A stretch of 64,000 nt of DNA. Source: the human T2T-CHM13v2.0 reference genome, Homo sapiens. The stretch lies in assembly GCF_009914755.1 (NCBI RefSeq), contig NC_060936.1, one strand, 5' to 3'. The translations under genes were made by a program, and so were the position numbers. The first letter of the stretch is position 1. The number at the start of each line of letters is the position of its first letter. The notes under the pieces are model-generated. The model had not been told where the DNA came from and did no database searches. It was given only the letters and a program-made list of their open reading frames with translations. Shown in pieces: positions 58,421 to 64,000 of this stretch.

Positions 58421-59085
58421 ACCCCACGAATGGTCAAGGGTCGAGAATGCAGCACTTACCAAACTCTTCTCAGATTGATCTTGTCACATCTAGTTTTTAT
58501 TCAAAAGCTAGTTTTCGTTAAATTCCCATTTATCACCATACTCTGATTTGAGGGTCGTTTTTCAGGTAAATTCCTCTAGGGTAAACTTCATAGTGTCCCT
58601 GTGTGTGTCGTGGGTGTTATTAAAATTATTTAATTTTTTGAGATTTTATTAGCTTTTTGCTAAGAGTAAATTAGACAGAAGTGGTTTAAAAATAATTGTC
58701 TTATAGCTATTTTGTTTGTAATGCTGCTCGTGACTTAATCTATATGTTGAAACCAAGGATACCAGAAGAAGTAAACAAGGTGTTTCTTAGAGTACATATC
58801 CTAGAGCCTAACTTTCATAATTATCACCCTTAATTGTAGAAATAGAAAAACTAATTTTATGTACAGGAAAAGGAAAAAATAGCATGGTACAGAGAAGTAC
58901 AAATGGCATGACAGGATCATTGCGATTAAGCTAAATGTTTCTGATTTGAACGGATACATTTCAGAAACTGTCTTCCACCCTGAATTTCTACTGATTGAAG
59001 TAATATGGGGTTTTATTGAAACTTCTCTGCTTTGGTTCTCTGTTTGATTTTTGTCCTGGAGATTGGAGAACGATTTTAGCGTAAT

Positions 59086-59223
59086 CTTTTTTTCTTTTTT
59101 TTTTTTTTGAGTTGGGCCTTGCTAAGTTGCCCAGGCTAGTCTTGAACTCCTGGGTTCAAGCACTCCTCCTGCCTCAGCCTCCCACGTAGCTGGGATTACA
59201 GGCACACACCACCACACCCAGCT
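59086..59223 (-). mobile_element. Alu monomer
   Basis: TSD attttagc(g/a)taatctt. Confidence 0.88.
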
Positions 59224-59519
59224 ATTTTAGCATAATCTTAATATATACTTTAGTGCATCCTGTATTTGAAACAGCTACACACTGAGAATCTGAGAATACC
59301 AGATGTATTTTCCAAGGAGTATATTAATTTTTTTTCTATATAAGAGCTTGGAGCTCTTTGTTTATTCATAATTGTATTTCAAAAGCCTATGTTAGTGGTT
59401 ATATTATAAATATAAGTAAGTACTTGAAAAACTTGAATATGAGTAGAATTTAATGTTGAAATCCAGGAATATAAGTGCCAGTAGCGGGAGTGTTTTGCCC
59501 AATTTTAGGAGGTTTGTAG

Positions 59520-59838
<319 letters not shown>

Positions 59839-59954
59839 ACCCATCCTACTTTCACTCAATGCCAGAGAGACCTTTAAGAACCATAAATCAGGTTTACGTG
59901 CTCCCCTCTTAAAGTTGTCCATTCATGTGTAATAGTTTAGGGAGGTATTTCTCT

Positions 59955-61013
59955 TTTTTTGTATCTTCAACTTTTAACTTCAGGGGTACATGTGCAGGAT
60001 GTGCAGGTTTGTTACATAGGTAAACGTGCTGTGGTGGTTTGCTGCACAGATCATCCCATCACCAAGGTATTAAGACCAGCATGCATTAGCTATTCTTCCT
60101 GATGCTCTCTGTCCCCCGCAACAAGCCCCAATGGGTGTTGTTCCCCCCTCTCCCACAAATGTGTCCATGTGTCCTCATCATTTAGTTCCCACTTATTAGC
60201 AAGAACACGCAGTGTTTGGTTTTCTGTTCCTGCATTAGTTTGCTGAGGATAATGGCTTCTAGCTACTTCCATGTCCCAGCAAAGGACATGATCTCGTTCC
60301 TTTTTATGGCTACATAGTATTCCATAGTGTATATGCACTATATTTTCTTCATTCAGTCTATCATTGATGGGCATTTGGGTTGATTCCATGTCTTTGATGT
60401 TGTGAATAGTGCCGCAGTGAACACACGTGTACATGTATCTTTATAATAGAATGATTTATATTTCTTTGGGATTGCTGGGTCAAATGGTATTTCTGCCTCT
60501 AGATCTTTGAGGAATCGCCACACTGTTTTCCACAATGGTTGAACTAATTTACACTCCCACCAACAGTGTAAAAGCCTTCCTTTTTCTCCACTGCCTTGCC
60601 AGCATCTGTTATTTTTTTACTTTTTAATAATCGCCATTCTGACTGGTGTGAGATGATATCTCATTGTGGTTTGGATTTGCATTTCTGTAATGATCGGTGG
60701 TGTTGAGCTTTTTTTCATATGATTGTTGGCTGCATGTATGTCTTCTTTTTGCGAAGTGTCTGTTTATTTTCCTTTGCCCACTTTTTAATGGGATTGTTTT
60801 TTCTTGTAAGTTTGTTTAAATTCCTTGTAGACTGGATATTAGACCTTTGTCAGGTGGATAGGTTGTAGAACTTTTCTCCCATTCTGTAGGTTGCCTGTTC
60901 ACTCTGGTGATAGTTTCTTTTGCTGTGCAGAAGCTCTTTAGTTTAATTAGATCCCATTTGTCAATTTTTGCTTTTGTTACAATTGCTTTTGGCATTTTCA
61001 TCATGAAATCTTT
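59955..61013 (-). mobile_element. 5'-truncated primate L1 (L1PA/PB-like), about 1 kb
   Basis: Minus-strand ORF2 pieces [21 protein letters not shown] and WKTVWRFLKDLEAEIPFDPAIP. Confidence 0.93.
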
Positions 61014-61323
61014 GTGGGGCAGGTATTTTATTTCAGTAGGGGAGTGTGGTATCTCTGCCATCCACTGCATTTAGAATAAAACCCCAATTCCTCGTGGGAG
61101 CCCACGGAGCCTGTATGATCTGAGCCTGCTCCATCTTCGACATCCTCTCTTGCTAGTCTCCATTCTGCCCTCACTCGGGCTTCAACCACAATGGCCTCTC
61201 ATGCCCCTAGCCTGCCTCATGTATCCCTTCAGCCTGAAATGCCCTTCCTTTCTACTTTGTTTACAGCTGGCTCCTCATCCTTCAAGCTCTGCTCAGGTGT
61301 CACCTCCTTAAAGAAGTCGTCCC

Positions 61324-61990
<667 letters not shown>

Positions 61991-62213
61991 ATGTACACCT
62001 TTCTTAACACTGATCTCTTCCTGCAGCTGTCTTCATTCCTCAGCTGTTTGTCTGCTGCCTCCCTCATACACCTGCCATGTAAGCTCCCAGCAGAGACCCC
62101 GCCTGATTTATCATTTTAAATCCTCCATGTGGAATGAACACATGGGGATCATCATGTGTGACAGTCTTTTGCACCCCAGAATTCCTCACTTGTGCTTTGG
62201 TCCATTTCTCTAG

Positions 62214-62329
62214 ACATATATTGGCACCCTCCTTGTGTCTGTGAATCCATACCAGGAGCTCGGAATCTACACTGTGAGCCAGATGGAACTTTATCAAGGG
62301 GTCAATTTCTTTGAACTGCCACCACATGT
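62214..62329 (+). CDS. MYO1H: Myosin IH next coding exon (116 nt, phase 0 to phase 2)
   Basis: Acceptor ccatttctctAG, donor GT|gtaagt at 62330. Translates [38 protein letters not shown](V), with the myosin IYTYIG..VNPY and PPH motifs, in frame with the previous exon. Confidence 0.96.
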
Positions 62330-62407
62330 GTAAGTAGCATCCACAGGATCATCACTAGGAGGATTTTTCTTTTTCCCCTTCCTCTCTCTCCTTCCTTCTC
62401 ACCACGC

Positions 62408-62626
62408 ATCTGTCCATCCATTCATCCAACCATTCATCCATCCATCCATCCATCCATCCATTCATCCATCCATCCATCCATCCATCCGCCCACCCATCCA
62501 TTCATCCACCTATCCATCCACCTATCTATCCATCCATCCACATATCCATCCATCCGCCTATCCATCCATCCATTTACCTATCCATCCACCTACCTATCCA
62601 TCGATACATCCATCCATCCATCCATC
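62408..62626. repeat. (TCCA)n imperfect microsatellite
   Basis: About 220 bp of catc/ccat repeats, 80 nt after the 62329 donor. Confidence 0.95.
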
Positions 62627-62833
62627 TAAATCCTTGATGCATGTTTATTAGGTTCTGTACCTCATTTAAGCCCTTGCCTTCTTGTGAAGTAAGTATTCCA
62701 AAGTAGTAGAAAACTTTAGAGGGTCTTTATGGAATCTCAGCTTAAATATGAAAAGAGGTGCAACCTGTGTGTAACTGCTGAGAAATTTAAGTGTGGCTGG
62801 AGAGATGTCTTCTCCGGGAAGAGGGTTGCTATA

Positions 62834-62847
62834 GTGCCATCTACTGG
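62834..62847 (-). promoter_or_regulatory. CTCF core motif
   Basis: Reverse complement CCAGTAGATGGCAC fits the consensus CCASYAGRKGGCRS. Confidence 0.55.
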
Positions 62848-63687
62848 TGCCTGAGTGTCATAGCGGCTAAGAGGACTGCTCGTTGGTAGAAACTTCCCAG
62901 GGCTGTGGAAGCTTAAGAGGTGCAAATTTCTTCATTCCTCTCCCCTATGTATAACCTATGGTAATAATAATTTGTAGATGGTGATTATATTTTTAGTACA
63001 TAACATTTTCTGTTTTATGCAAGTTTTTGAAAATACATACTCGCCTGCAGTATGGCCAGAATTTGTTTTTATGTAATACTATAAGCTGACAGGGTAGAAT
63101 TATTCACCTGAACTCAGATCTCTTGTCTCCAAACACCATGTTTCCTTCTTAACATGTAACTGACTCTGTAAAAACAATCTGTTTAGATTTCTCATTTAAT
63201 TCAGAAGTTAATTAAAAGGGACTGAAATAAAAATTTGCATGTAGTTAGAGATTACTGGTTAGTTACACATTAATTCAGAGTTTCTAGAGCCATTTCACAG
63301 AAGCTAGAAAATATAACCACCTTGATATCAGTTTTCACAAACTTGAGTACGTTTTTAGGCCTTAAAACCTTACCATTTTAAATAATTTCCCTTGTATTTG
63401 AAAATAACGTATAACCCATATTTTCTGCTAAATAATGCCATTTGTTTGTCACTATGCCTGATTGGCCAAATGTTCTAATAGTTATTTAACATTCAAAACA
63501 ATGACTACCAAAAAAAAAAAAGGAAACTTGAGCAATTTTTTCTTGCCCAGGCTTTGCTGAATTTTCTAGTTTTTCTCCCTCTTGACTTCTAGGCTAATAT
63601 TTAGATTCTGCCTCTGTTGTCTTGGTGACTCAGCTATTCCACTTTCTAAGGCACTTATAAGCCTTTCTGCATCACCACCATATATAT

Positions 63688-63974
63688 GTTGAGACAGGGT
63701 CTCGCTTTGTCACCCAGACTGGAGAGCAGTGACACAGTAATGGATCACTGCAGCCTCCACCTCCCAGAGCTCAGGTGATCCTCCAACCTCAGCCTCCTAA
63801 GTAGCCAGGACTACAGGCACACACCACCACCCTGGCTAATTTTTGTAATTTTTATAGAGACAGGGTCTCAGTGTGTTGCCCATGCTGGTCTCGAACTCCT
63901 GGGGCTCAAGCGATCTGCCTGCCTCAGCCTCCGAAAGTGCTGGGATTACAGGGTGTGAGCCACCATGCCCAGCC
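63688..63974 (-). mobile_element. Alu (J-like)
   Basis: Antisense dimer; TSD accaccat. Confidence 0.93.
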
Positions 63975-64000
63975 ACCACCATGTATTAAAAGCCGAAATG

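Overview
Human (primate) genomic DNA, Alu-dense and mostly intronic or intergenic. The only protein-coding sequence I can support is the 5' end of unconventional myosin MYO1H on the + strand. Coding exon 57566-57727 (ATG at 57602, [42 protein letters not shown]) splices in frame to exon 62214-62329 ([39 protein letters not shown]); the supplied ORF track misses both. A candidate first exon about 40.6 kb upstream (ATG GAA TCC AAG|gtaatg, 16938-16949) would add a 16-aa basic N-terminal extension ([16 protein letters not shown]), the same length as the extension of nuclear myosin 1 in the paralog MYO1C. The long first intron holds a CpG- and motif-rich unique block (about 27.9-28.9 kb) bracketed by a local ~350-bp direct duplication, a candidate antisense lncRNA, a Meis/Pbx-Hox-like motif cluster, a young 49-bp VNTR inside MER58B, and two CTCF-like motifs; a third CTCF-like motif lies past exon 3. 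The rest is Alu, L1, L2, MIR, LTR and DNA-transposon fossils. Most long ORFs in the track are repeat-derived and the rest show no recognisable homology. Repeat subfamily names come from recognition by eye and boundaries are approximate. No prokaryotic-type system is present.
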